A stretch of 64,000 nucleotides of DNA from the human T2T-CHM13v2.0 reference genome, Homo sapiens (GCF_009914755.1 NC_060926.1), one strand, 5' to 3'; shown: positions 15,801 to 27,808, counted from the stretch's first letter. Notes: generated by a model not told the origin, from the letters alone. Numbers and translations are program-made.

Positions 15801-16687
15801 AGCCACTAACCGTGGAAATGCATGGTTACTAACTAAGAAAAAGTAACACACCTTAAGAAATATGATACAATTCACTTTAAGATGTGTCCCCCAAAATAAA
15901 AAAGCCTTGAATAGATACTAAGAGAGGTGAGTACAAGATCAGAAAATATCAAAATTTTATTAATTGGGTATATTCAGTGGCCAGTCAGGGCAAAAGACCT
16001 AGGGTAATACTGAAAAGTTCTTTAAGATGTAGTTACATCTTTTATAATTCTCCCCAAGTATGGAACAATAAGAATTGGCCCCTTGGTCCAGGACACTCAA
16101 TTGTTAAAAAAAAAAAGAAAAAAGCCAAATCCCTTTCCTAGTCTCTCTCCCTCTAGAAAATCTTCCAAAATCAATGTCAGATGACAGCTAATCTAGTAAT
16201 GATTTCCTCTGTGACAGCACAACCTGAAAACAAAACAGAAGAAAATTATATCTTTCTCCCAAAGAGACCCTTTTTATAAATAAGCCAATATATATATCTA
16301 TCAATGGTGAAAAAAATTATCTGTTCTCTTAAGTGTTTGCTGAAAACTAAATACCTTGTTGACAATTGCAAATTAATCTCCAGATCCTGCAGGTTGCTCC
16401 ATAGTGATTAAACGCATCTTCTTCTACAAGACCTTGCTCCAAAACAGAAAGCTTGACAATCTAATTTATTATTTATTAATCAACTTTTATTTATTTGTAT
16501 ACCTTATTTTTAAAAGGACATAAGGTATTTGCATAAATATTTAGATTAAGTATAATACTTATTGACCTTTAAGCTTTTGAGATTTTACAACCTGTTCTAA
16601 GGAAGCAGCTAAATTATAATGAAGAGCTAAGTCCAACATACTGGGAATAAGAGACCTGTGCTGTTCTCAGACCCACTATACACAGTA

Positions 16688-16924
16688 TATACATATATAT
16701 GTTTGAGAGAGAGAATATGTGTATATATATTCTCTCTATAAAAAATCTATAAAAAAAGGATAATAAAAAATCTACCAATGGGTAGAGAAATATAGATATA
16801 TATATATATAGAGAGAGAGATATTTTTGTTATGTATCCTTTTATTTTATATATTAAAATATATATAGAGAGAGGAAAATCTCTTAATATAGAGAGAAATT
16901 TTTCATATATATATGTATGTATAT
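16688..16924. repeat. TA/GA low-complexity tract with palindromic symmetry
   Basis: Mixed (TA)n/(GA)n/(TC)n around a central TCTACC-aatg-GGTAGA hairpin (16771-16786). Confidence 0.8.
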
Positions 16925-16989
16925 AAAATTCTATAGTTAAGGTGTTGAACCCCATGATCTCAAAGGTCCCTTTTAGAGATTCAAATGTC

Positions 16990-17760
16990 ATCTTGGTCCA
17001 GAAATTGTAAGAACCATGCAAAATCACCTATATGCTGGTGATTCCAACAGTGTATTTTCTGTTTCTTTAGACCTTTATTTCTTGGGCATTGGAGCATGTC
17101 ATAACTTCATTAGATTGCCTTTTTTGACCCCTGAAAGCAATATTTTAGATCATGGTCTCTTTAAAAGTCTTCTTCCAACATTTCATCCCTGTTATTGACA
17201 ATGTCATTTCCCCAAGCCCCTCAAATTTACAACTTAGATCTACATAGTTTTGAAATCTTTCATCCATCATATTTTATTGTAAATCATTTTTAAATTCTGC
17301 CAATTATCTTTTTTATGGGGTCTCACAGATTCTCCTCATTATTTGTCTTCTGATCACCAAATAACAGTCAGTTCAGGTAGATAGAAATGGCAAAGCCTCC
17401 TTACAATTTTTCTTGCATCTTTTTTTAGGTGCCAAGAAATCATAGAATAATCTTCCTATTACAGATCCTCTGTCACATAATTCCTTTGCTCAATAATGCA
17501 GGAAATCTCTAATACCTAGCATAAGTATGACAGATTATCCGAACTGGGACACATTTGAGAAACAGGAATTCTGTTATTATGCTGGGATGAAAGGCATAAG
17601 CTGGGACTGCCCCAGTAAATCGGGACATATGGTCACTGTAAACATAAATAACCCAAACCTCTTTCCCTGACTTCCAAATGCCTCCATCAAATTACCTTGT
17701 CCCATTCTCTCTTTCATTTCACACCTTCTTATGGTGTGTGTATATATTCATTTGGTTAAG
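16990..17760 (+). mobile_element. L2, interrupted by MER94
   Basis: aatcacctatatgctggtgattcc; ttcctttgctcaataa; acccaaacctctttccctgacttccaaatgcctcc. Confidence 0.6.
17522..17640 (-). mobile_element. MER94 (hAT-Blackjack)
   Basis: ...aactgggacacatttgaga...taagctgggactgccccagtaaatcgggacatatggtcactgta matches the reverse MER94/Blackjack terminal inverted repeat (TIR). Confidence 0.8.
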
Positions 17761-17894
17761 CAATTTTCTTAGTTGTCTATACACAGGATATTACTAATTT
17801 TAAACATTGTGGCTTCTATAAGGCAATTCTTTAATTTTATTTTGTGATTTTTTTTTGTTTGTTTTTCCTCTGCTTCACAATCTGGGTATCATCA

Positions 17895-17896
<2 letters not shown>

Positions 17897-17928
<32 letters not shown>
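17897..17928. repeat. Poly(T)32 homopolymer
   Basis: Uninterrupted T run counted from the sequence. Confidence 0.95.
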
Positions 17929-17932
<4 letters not shown>

Positions 17933-20221
17933 GAGAGAATATGTAAGAGTGACCTATGGCATGGGAATTACTGAAGACATGCCCCTGCCGGCAAATGAGG
18001 AGCCACAACACAATGACTTGCTTCTCAACTGAGAACACTCCTTTTCTCTGCCACACTCAACATTGTCACTCCCTGTGTTCCAACATGGGGAAGAGAAAGA
18101 GGGCTGGAACCTTTTAACAGATATTGTAATCCTATAAGTACTTCTCTGGGGTTTTGAAAATAATTTACGCTTCATCCATTTTTCTTGACAATTGATTATG
18201 TACCACTTGCTGAGTGGGTGAATAAAACCACGTAGAATTATTATGTGCATATATATTTAAGTCACAGGCTTTAAATAAATTCAGTAAGTATATATTCAGT
18301 ACTTACTCTGTGCCAGTGTGTATATGTATAGAAAAAGCAAAAAGATTAAGTGTTATTGGCTGGTTATATTTCTCCAGAGGCTGAACTTTTTATATAACAC
18401 CTTGTTTTACATGGAAAATTGTTCACTATACAAAGTAACCATTGACTTTTGTTTTAGCAAAATTGAAACAGGTTTATTTATTTACATTTGTTAATGATCT
18501 GTTTGCATGATTCTCTGTATCATCATTAGTTGCATGTGTAGTACAAATATTTCTTTTATGAGAAAATTAACCAAAATAACAAAAGATAAAATTTCTATTA
18601 AAGGGTAGTTTCCTTTTGCCACTTCTCATGTGTCTTTTTAAAGAATATTCAGTCTAATTTCTCTCTTGATATATAGTTTGCTATTCTATTTCTGCAAAAT
18701 GAGAACATTCTGTTCTATTCATTCTCCTACTTACTTTTAGAAACTGCAGAAAGGCTTAAATTAAACTCCTAAAGAATTAACTGCCATTCTTATGCATAGT
18801 TATCAAATATACAATACTCCTGTGTGTGCTGCCCAGAGGAGCTGTGCCTTGCTGATGAAAATGATCAGCTCGGCATTCACATAAAACATCATGGGAGAGA
18901 GTATCAAAACTGGGTCAGTACCATCCCTTCATATGATGATATGGAGGCTTCGCTTTTGCGAGCAGTGAGGGAAAAGGAAAAGGATATTAGCCACCTGATC
19001 ACAATGGGATGTACAGAACAGAATGGTTTCTTTGGGTCTAACATAACTATTTTGTTCTTTTTTTATTAGAAGTAAATAGCAAGTATCACTAAATAGGTCC
19101 TTCAAGGCTGGCAGTGGTCAAATGGATTTAAATTAGTTTCCTCTTAACACAGAATAGTTATAGTTAAGTAGCCATATGCCAAAGGATACTTGGCAGTACT
19201 TCCCTTGGTTTCAATTTTGTCCTTTATTGGGGATGGGGTGAAAGAATGAATTGATCTCTGAATTTTCTTCTAGGTCCAAACTTGTGTCTCTTAATACCTA
19301 GAGTCGTGAAATGCAATGATAAATTTTCTAATTTATATTTATGTATGTGCCACTAAGAGGCCAGTTGCAACTGGTCGTAAAACCTGGTAGTAAATCTCCT
19401 TAGAATAAAAAGTCCTGATTACAAATGTCCGAAGAATAAAAAACTATTAGGGGATGTGACTAGGAAATAAATAAGAGGTACTGTCATGAAATTTGTGCTA
19501 TGAGTATTGGCTTTGCCTCTCATGCATCCTGTTTCATGAATTTTTGTGGTTGTTTTTCTACAGATTTCTATTCTGTAAAACAAAGAGGCAGTATGAAATA
19601 TTTCATATTTCTATTCTATGAACCCAATTAGCCCAAAGATAGAAAAAAGGAAGTAAATTTTTATTTCAGAAACATTCCTACATTATTCATGGTTGAGATG
19701 GGTAGAATTTAGACAGATTTTATGCTCAAAAACAGTCACAAGGTGGTTTTGAGAATTTTATGGATTATCTGAATTCTGTTTTTCAAAAGCAGTGATTCTA
19801 CTAGGGCCTGGTGATTTTCCATAACATTAATCTAGAAAAGTTGAAGATATCTTCTTCCTGTACCTCTGGGTTTCCTTAGAAGCAAATATTTGTCAGTCAC
19901 TAACAGCTTTAAGCATTTCTAAAATGTTTATATTTCAAAAAACTGTTTGCCTAGAGATACTACATATTGTAACTTGCCTTTTGTTGTCATTTTTGTAAGT
20001 GTAAAGTGGCTTAGTATTAGTAATTTCATATGGTTTCACCTAACAGTAATAATTTATACTTTGGCTAAGATTTATATTACACATTTTCTTATAAAAGAAT
20101 TTTATAATTCAACAAAAATAAACTCATTTGACTGTAGAACTGCTTTTTATATGGGGTCTATTAATATCATGGACACACACTGAAAAACACCGATGTAATT
20201 AAAGTTCCTCTTAAGGTGTTT

Positions 20222-20465
20222 TAGTGCAGAGATTTAGAGCATGGATTCTAGGGCTATGCTGCTTGAGTTCAAAGCCCACCTATGTGAATGAATTATGTCA
20301 CCTTGTACAAGTTACGTAACCTTTCTATATCTCAGTTCCCTGTAAAATGGGAACAATACTACCTTACGTACCTGTGATGAATATGAAATGAGCTAACCTT
20401 TGTAAAATTCTTTGAGCAGTGAATGCGCCTGGTACACATGATATATCTTAGCTAATATCATTATC
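20222..20465 (+). mobile_element. MIR
   Basis: ttagagcatggattctagg...ttgagttcaaagccc...ctcagttccctgtaaaatgggaacaata...cctggtacacat. Confidence 0.85.
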
Positions 20466-20504
20466 TTTTGACTCAATAATTTGAGGAGTGTTTGAGAGGT
20501 AGTA

Positions 20505-21050
20505 CAGTAGTCCCCCTGCCTTATTTGCAGTTTTGTTTTCCTCAGTTTATTACCTGCAGTTAACCGCACTCTGAAAATGTTAAATGGAAAGAATCAGAAA
20601 TAATCAATTAAAACGTTTTAAACTGTACACCATTCTGGTTAGCAAGACAATATCTCATGCCATCCTGCTCTGTCTTGCCCCAAATGTGAGTCATCCTTTT
20701 GTCCAGTGTATACAAACTCTATACACTGCCTGCCCACCTCCTCCATTAGTCAGGGACATGGTCTGCTCCTGACAGTCAACCAGCAATATCATCATGACTC
20801 AATGACCCAGGATCACCTGAAGCAGGTGATCATCCTCCTAACCTATCTTCAGAACAATAGTAGCCTAACACTAAGTCACAATGCCTACATCATTCACCTC
20901 ACTTCATCTCATGGGTAACCATTTTATCATCACATATCATCACAAGAGGAAGGGGAAAAACAGTATAGATGGTGTTCAGGCCTATCCACAGTTTCATGCA
21001 TCCACTAAAAGTCTTGGATTGTATCCCCTATGGATAAGAGGATACTACTG
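20505..21050 (+). mobile_element. MER44 (Tigger7-derived, MER44B-like)
   Basis: TIRs cagtagtccccctgccttat / ggataagaggatactactg, flanked by TA on both sides (Tc1/mariner TSD). Confidence 0.9.
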
Positions 21051-21509
21051 TATAACATGGATTAGGAGGAAGGGCTGATCAGAAAAGCTAAGATTTGAAT
21101 TCTTAACCCATTGAAATCCTTTTCCCATCTGAAAAATGGCAAACAATAGTGCCTAGAAATGCATGGTGTAAACCTGGTCTGCTGTCATTAACCACCAGAC
21201 AATGCCCTTCTTTTATTATACACTCTCACCTATGTAAATTTCCAAAGTTCTATTCAAATTAGTATTCCAAAATGTAATAGACACGTCCTTACTCATTTTA
21301 GCTATATCATCTGCGATTTTATGGGCTGCTATCATATACATCTTTCCAGAATGAGAAACTTTAATCATTTTTAGTAACTCCTTACATGATAGCCCAGTTA
21401 TCTCCTTTACCAATATATAAAGCTGTCTCCTAACCTCTAACCTCTAATTCCATTGGCAGCTGAGCAATGATTCATATTACGCCACCAAAGGGAGTTTCAG
21501 GTGGTTTCA

Positions 21510-22085
21510 AGGAGCATGGTGGTTAAACGTGCACTCTTGGTTTTTTTTTTTTTTTTTTTTTTTTGAGATGGAGTTTCGCTCTTGTTGCCCAAGCAGGAGG
21601 GCAATGCTATGATCTAGGCTCACCTCCACCTCCACCTCCGAGGTTCAAGGAATTCTCCTGCCTCAGCCTCCTGAGTAGCTGGGATTACAGGCATGCACCA
21701 ACACACCTGGCTAATTTGGTATTTTTAGTAGAGATGGGGTATTTCCATGTTGGTCAGGTTGGTCCCGAACTCCCGACCTCAAGTTATCCACCTGCCTCGG
21801 CTTCCCAAAGTGCTGGGGTTACAGGCATGAGCCACCATGCCAAGTCAAAGTGCACTCTTAACTCTAAATCTCTAAGTTCAAATCATGGCTCTGTTACTTA
21901 CACCATCCTATGAGCTGGGGCAATATACTTAACCCCTTGGGGCTTCTACTTTTTAATCTATAAAAGAAGGAAAAGGAAAGCCCTGGCCTCACAGAGTTAT
22001 TGTGAATATTGAGTTAATGCAGGCAAAGCACTTAGGACTTTACCCAGTATGTGATCAGTCTTCAACACATGTTTCCTGTTATTAT
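21510..22085 (+). mobile_element. MIR split by an Alu
   Basis: agcatggtggttaaacgtgc before the Alu; aagttcaaatcatggctctgttactta...cacagagttattgtgaatattgag after it. Confidence 0.8.
21539..21846 (-). mobile_element. AluS (AluSq/Sp-like)
   Basis: Poly-T then gagatggagtttcgctcttgttgccc; TSD gtgcactctt at 21529-21538 and 21850-21859. Confidence 0.95.
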
Positions 22086-25000
22086 TTTCTTACTTGAGGT
22101 AAGTAGGAGCTAGTAGGGGGTGAACAGACTAGCAGGGGAGGAAGCATTTTAGGGGTACAGCTGCTTTAGGCAGCATCAGGGCCCAGGCAGCAAGACCCCA
22201 TTTTAAAGAAAAGGATGCTTTGTAGTTATTGCAAGATTTAAAAATAGAATTGGGTAAGCACAAAGAAAAATATCAATATAAGAGTCTTCACAACTCCACC
22301 TCACCTCACAGGGTTTTGTTGCCTAGCTTTCTAGTATTTGTTATGCAGGTAGGATAATGGGTAGAAAGAGCCGCAGCGTTGGGGATTACATTGTATAATT
22401 TACATTGGAAAGGTAGAAGCTATAATAACAGGAAATAATTAAGAAAATTACGGGAGGAGTGAAATGAAAAGATATAGATTGAGATGTGTGTGAGGTGACA
22501 GAAGAGAGTCTTTGGTCACCTGGGGGAAAGAGACTTCTAAGAAGTCTTGCTTTGGGAATCCTAGTACGTATTTGAAAATGTAAAAAAAATTACATAATTA
22601 TGTCCATCAAATGGAATTCACCTCAATGTGATATTGCCACAGAGCTAGGACTTAGGGGCAGCTAGTTAAATTATGGTTCAACTTTGGCTATAGTTACTAT
22701 AGATCGTGGAGTACTGTAGATGTGGGGAAATTTTATTTATATTAATATGTAATTGTTTAGCTCAATTTTCAATAAATATGTACTATTTTTATGGTATGCA
22801 GTTTCAGTTGCACTCTCAAATACAAAACACTAACTGTAGGAAAAACAACTGAGAAAAATGTCAGCAAACAGGCGATTTGTTAATTAAGACAATAAATATT
22901 TAGACACAGAATACCTACTGAAAGCTGGCATATTTGGATGATGAAGGCCTTATGTAAACACAACATCTTATAACCATTTTAAGTCATGTTGAAAATCTCA
23001 TAAAATAAATCCAATACTAGAAATAATCATAAAACAAATTTTTGAAAATGGAAGATACTGCTACTTGGTAGAAAAGAGGAAGTTTAACATGAGAGAAAAC
23101 TGGAATTCTGGAGGTCATGAAGTACACTGATTTATTTCCTGTGATTGAAGATACAAAGTTTATTTTACCTGCAAAAATAAATGACTGCCATGTCTGATAT
23201 ATGGTAATTTTTAAAAAGTTTGATGAGTATTGGACGCTGTAACAAAACAAATTCAGTCATAAAATCTGAGCCAATTTATCCGAATTGTAGGCTAGCAGCA
23301 TTGGCATTAGGAATAGGTGCTATCACTGCATAGAGAAGATCAACTATATTCATTATGGGAGAATTATTAAATACCTAGGTAACACAGGGTTTTTAAAGCA
23401 TGAAAATTAATAACTGAGCCTGTATAACCACAAGGTGTATACATTAAAGGTAATTAGTTAAAAGGACGATTATCATTATAGGAAATAGAGGGTAACTAAG
23501 CTGATGGAACTTCAATTATTCTGCTGAATTATTTCTCCAAAACCCCAGGAGTGAGTTGTCTTTCTTACACTGTGGTACCAATCAAAGATAAGAATTTTAA
23601 AAACATGTTGTCACTGAGTTTCTACATCGTGGCAATTTGTAAGATCATGCTTATAGAATGCACTCCAATAAAACTATTTGTTAATTAGTGAGTGAATTCC
23701 CTTGTAGTCTTAAGATAGGCTTTTCAGCCATGTGGATTACATCTGTGGGGAAACTGAAGTGTATCCTCTCACATTTTGCTAGAGGCATTCAGCACTGGGG
23801 AATTCAATGTCTCCAGCATCTAAGAACATCAAGAGTGCACTGCATGCTAGATTTACTTAGGGCTTCCAGATTCAGATAGCAGCAGCTATTGGAGAAGTCT
23901 GTGATTGGCCACTGAATTCCCCATCTGTCTGTATTATAACTGGAATAACAAAGAGGTTGAGATTGTGAAAATAGCATCTCTGACCCAGGTGAACATTAAC
24001 TTATCAATGCCATAGTTAAATATATGAAAAAATTGAATCCATGGACACTGAAGCAAAATTAATATGTATTTTCTTAAATAAAATATGTTCCTAAACATGC
24101 ATTCAGGCAAAACATTAGAGGTAACTGAAAATTTTAATTTGCTTATGCATAATAAATACTAAGATAACACATAGTTCACAGTCAATAGGAATTATTTAAA
24201 ATCCATGGCTAAATATTCTTGAATGAAGTAAAAACTGAAGGCTATGAGACTATGATTGATTTTCATATTTCATGACTTATACAATGAAAACTTTAATACA
24301 TTTGACTTGGAATCACTCAGGAACTTGTGGTGGCTCAGTGGTTGGCTTGGACCCTGGAGTAATCTGGCCATGACATCTGTCACTACATTGATTGCCAGGA
24401 CAGACTTGCCTAATTGAATGATTGACATAGTCAACATTCAAATTTTTCTAGTGATTAAAATCTTTAAGAAGGAAACTATATCTTTATTTTTCCTTTAGCC
24501 TAATAGTATTGCAGTGACCTGTGCTGAGTGTGCACCTAGAAGTTGCTAGTCAGAAGGACAGAATTATTGACTATAAAATTTAAGAAAGTTTTGTCTTTGT
24601 TGCCCCTACTGAAAACATAAAATTGAATAAAAATAAAGAATGACGAATTATAGTTTTTACAAAACCAAGAACACTTGGAAGTATAGTAGAGGAATATGTG
24701 TGTATCTATTTATCTAGATAGAATCTTTTCATGAGAGTATTGGTATTAAGAGGAAAATACATTGTTTTCTTTCAACTGGCATAAATTGCATTGTAAATGA
24801 AGGTTTTTAAAATAGCATGGTACTGGAGAAAGATAATTCTTCTCCTACTTTGAAATATGCCCTAAAATGAACACATGGAAAAAGGAAATTAGATTTACTG
24901 ATCCATAGAACAAGGAAATTTCATCCTCTCCTTGCTCCAGGAAGAAATTAGTATTAACCAGACACAAGCAAAGGTCTTCAGGCCAAAGAGGTTTTGTGAT

Positions 25001-25087
25001 GCCTTAGTTTCTGATGCCTTACCCCATCCTTTCCACACTGTCTCTCTATGTGGGGTGAGGAATGCTCATCTTCTCTCCTTGAGAAAT

Positions 25088-25480
25088 CTTTTCTTTTTTA
25101 ACTTTTACTCAGGGGTACATAAGCGGGTTTGTTACATAGGTAAACTTGTGTCATCAGGGTTTGTAGTACAGACTATTTCATCACGCAGGTATTAAGCCTA
25201 GTAACCATTAATTATTTTTCCTGATCCTCTCCTTCATCCCATTTTCTGTCCTTCAATAGGCCCCCGTGTGTGTTGTTCCCCTCTATGTGCCCATGTGGTC
25301 TCATCATTTAGCTCCCACTTATACGTAAGAACATGCAGTATTTGTTTTTTTTGTTGTTGTTGCTGTGTCAGTTTGCTAAGGATAATGGCCTCCAGCTTCA
25401 CCTATGTCCCTGCAAAGTACAAGATCTTGTTTATATTTTTAATGGCTGGCTAGTATTCCACGGTGTATGTGTGCCACTTT
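25088..25480 (-). mobile_element. L1PA (older, ~L1PA13-16) 3' end, 5'-truncated
   Basis: gtttgttacataggtaaacttgtgtcat; tcatcatttagctcccacttat; ttgctaaggataatggcctccagcttca. Confidence 0.9.
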
Positions 25481-26101
25481 ATTGCTAGAGAGACTCATCT
25501 CTCACAGCAGATTGTAGTTTTTTCTGAACATGAGGACCAGTATACATTTTGGACCTCAAGTTCATGAATGACAGAACACATAGGATTATCATCACTCTTG
25601 GGGCAAGGCATAAGGGCAGTAGGAATATGGCAGTATAGCATAGAGGATTGGGACAAGGCCAGAATCAATCAATGCCACCCCCACCCACACCATCACCACA
25701 TACACACAAGTTTTCTGTAAAGCCAGGAACTGTGTGGTGATGTGGTGGAAATAGAAGTCTCCCACACAGGCCAACGCTGACTTTCTTACCTCACTAGTGG
25801 GCTGCTGAATAAGGGAAATACCCTCATGTATGGCCCTGGTGAGTGGTCCCAAGTAGTTATGCTTCCATTGGATCACTGGCATAGCAGACTATGATTGAGG
25901 CATTTTAGTTGAAACTCAGAGAATTGCGTAACAGAGCCAGCAGCTTCCTTTCCTGGCCATTACTTCCCCCACCATTCCCATTGCCATTTCTTCCCCCACC
26001 ATCGCTGTCAGAGGAAATGTAAATGTAGGGCCTGATGGGGTTTAGAATCTGTCATGAGGCAGGATATAGAGGAAAAGGAAGTGTAGATGCAATGAAGTGG
26101 G

Positions 26102-26275
26102 CTAAAATACAATTGTTGGAGATAAATAAAATACCAGGACAAACTGGCTCAGCTTGCCAGCCTAGTGTTCTTCAAGTTCAGCTAAGAAACCTCACTCTGC
26201 CCAGGTCCAGCAGCAGTTGACACTAACCTAGTAGTGGTCTTTTACTCTGGGTTTAATATGAATGGTGATGGTGCT
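26102..26275 (+). repeat. Left arm of 174-bp inverted duplication
   Basis: Ungapped match to the reverse complement of 27635-27808; 18 mismatches in 174 by manual alignment. Confidence 0.95.
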
Positions 26276-26473
26276 GGAGTCACCTTTGCTCACACAAGCT
26301 CTCCAAAGCCAATAGTGCAGAGTTTTTCCCAATACCACATTCAGTGACGTCATGTTAGTAGCTTGAAATTGGCCATGGTATGAGTATTTACACTCCAGAA
26401 ATGAGCAAATGCTATAGATCAGGGGTTTTCTCTTCTGTGAGCTGATTATCAAATGTTTACCATCACAACACTG
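26265..26473 (+). mobile_element. MER63A (hAT-Blackjack)
   Basis: gtgctggag...ttcagtgacgtcatgttagtagcttgaaattggccatggtatgagtatttacac...aaatgtttaccatcacaacactg. Confidence 0.9.
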
Positions 26474-26819
26474 TTTGAAGTGAATCTTTAGAGACAGAAC
26501 ATTGAATTACTAATAGTGACAGATATAACAATACTAGAATTTAGATTTACCCCCAAAAGATTACATTATAATTGGACATAAATGAAGAAATTTGGATTGA
26601 GTTGATTTTACTGACTGAAATAAGTAATTTATATTTCAGTTTTCAGAGGCAGAAAATGTCCAGGTGATGACAACATCCGAATATTGATCATGGAATAACT
26701 TACCTAAATGAAATGGATATGAAGCTCCATGGAATTAAGGCAATCAAGAAACTACAAGACTTAGGGCCTGGAAAGGTCATCCCATAGGCATGAAAATAAC
26801 TCAAGGTGATTAAAAACTC

Positions 26820-27250
26820 AGATATATGTAAAACTGAGTTAAGTTTTGCAAATATTGAATTTGAATTCTCCACAAAGTCCTACAAATAGATAAACAATAG
26901 CCATAGGATCTGTGGATCTAGAGCTTAGAGGAGCATAAAGGTTCAAAATGCAATTCTGGGAATTACACCCATTGTTATGACATGAAAATATGAAGCTAGA
27001 TGAGATTATCTAGGAAAAGATATGGAGTTAGATGGGAGAAGTACACTAAGGACAAGACCTTCAGGAACATCTACAACCAATAGATGCGGGAAGAAGAGGA
27101 ATAAAAACTAACATTAAAAAAAGACATGGAAAAAAAAGACGCAAGAAAAGTGAAAAAAATGTAATGTCATTACAGCTACAGGTGAAGACACTGGCTTTAG
27201 CAATTAGGATTTCTTTCTTCCTAAAAAGATAGTTGTTTCAGGCAGTGGTT
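26820..27250 (-). mobile_element. L2 fragment
   Basis: gtggatctagagcttagaggag; tagatgagattatctagg; aggacaagaccttcaggaacatctaca. Confidence 0.7.
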
Positions 27251-27634
27251 TAAAATTAGACAATAAAAACACTGAGTACCAAGTATCCTTTTTGAGAATA
27301 TTAATAGATGTTGTTCAAAGTAAAAGCAGTGATTAAACACAGATTAGCAATATTAATGTAGTGCATTAAATATACTCTAAGCAGGTCTAAAGGTTGGGTC
27401 AGCCAGGGAAAATAGCACCCGTGAGAAAATAACCTTTAAAAAATAAGGTCTCCCATTAAGGATGGAGGTGGGCTAAAGTTTTAATCTTAATGGGAGAGGG
27501 TAAAAGTTGGGAACATATAAGCAACTCTGTCTTGGTGTTCTGCCAGTCTAATCTCCCCGATCAGGTTCCAGGTAGCTGGGAGAGTCCTGGCATGGCTGCT
27601 GTGGTTCTGAGGTTCCCTATCTGTCACAGGCCCT

Positions 27635-27808
27635 AGAACCACCACCATTCATATTAAACCCAGAGTGAAAGACCACTACTAGGTTAGTGTCAACTGCAGC
27701 TGGACCTGGGCAGAGTGAGATTTCATAGCTGGATTTCAAGAACACCAGGCTTGCAAGCTGAGCAGGTTTGTCCTGGTATTTCATTTATCTGCAATAACTG
27801 CATTTTAG
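27635..27808 (-). repeat. Right arm of 174-bp inverted duplication
   Basis: Reverse complement aligns ungapped with 26102-26275. Confidence 0.95.

Noticed and set aside
16614-17027. 137-aa - strand ORF
   Set aside because: Reads through the TA/GA microsatellite; the I/Y/F-rich translation is a low-complexity artefact.
21216-21413. 65-aa - strand ORF running into a TAG/GTGAGA donor
   Set aside because: Protein-like by eye, but no pyrimidine-rich acceptor upstream and no recognisable family.
25956-26002. Short direct repeats (also 30871, 31399, 53312) as a CRISPR-like array
   Set aside because: Only two copies each, no spacer series, mammalian context; ordinary slippage duplications.
26102-27808. 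Inverted arms as TIRs of an intact DNA transposon
   Set aside because: No TSD outside the arms, no transposase remnant, and the spacer contains older unrelated repeats (MER63A, L2).
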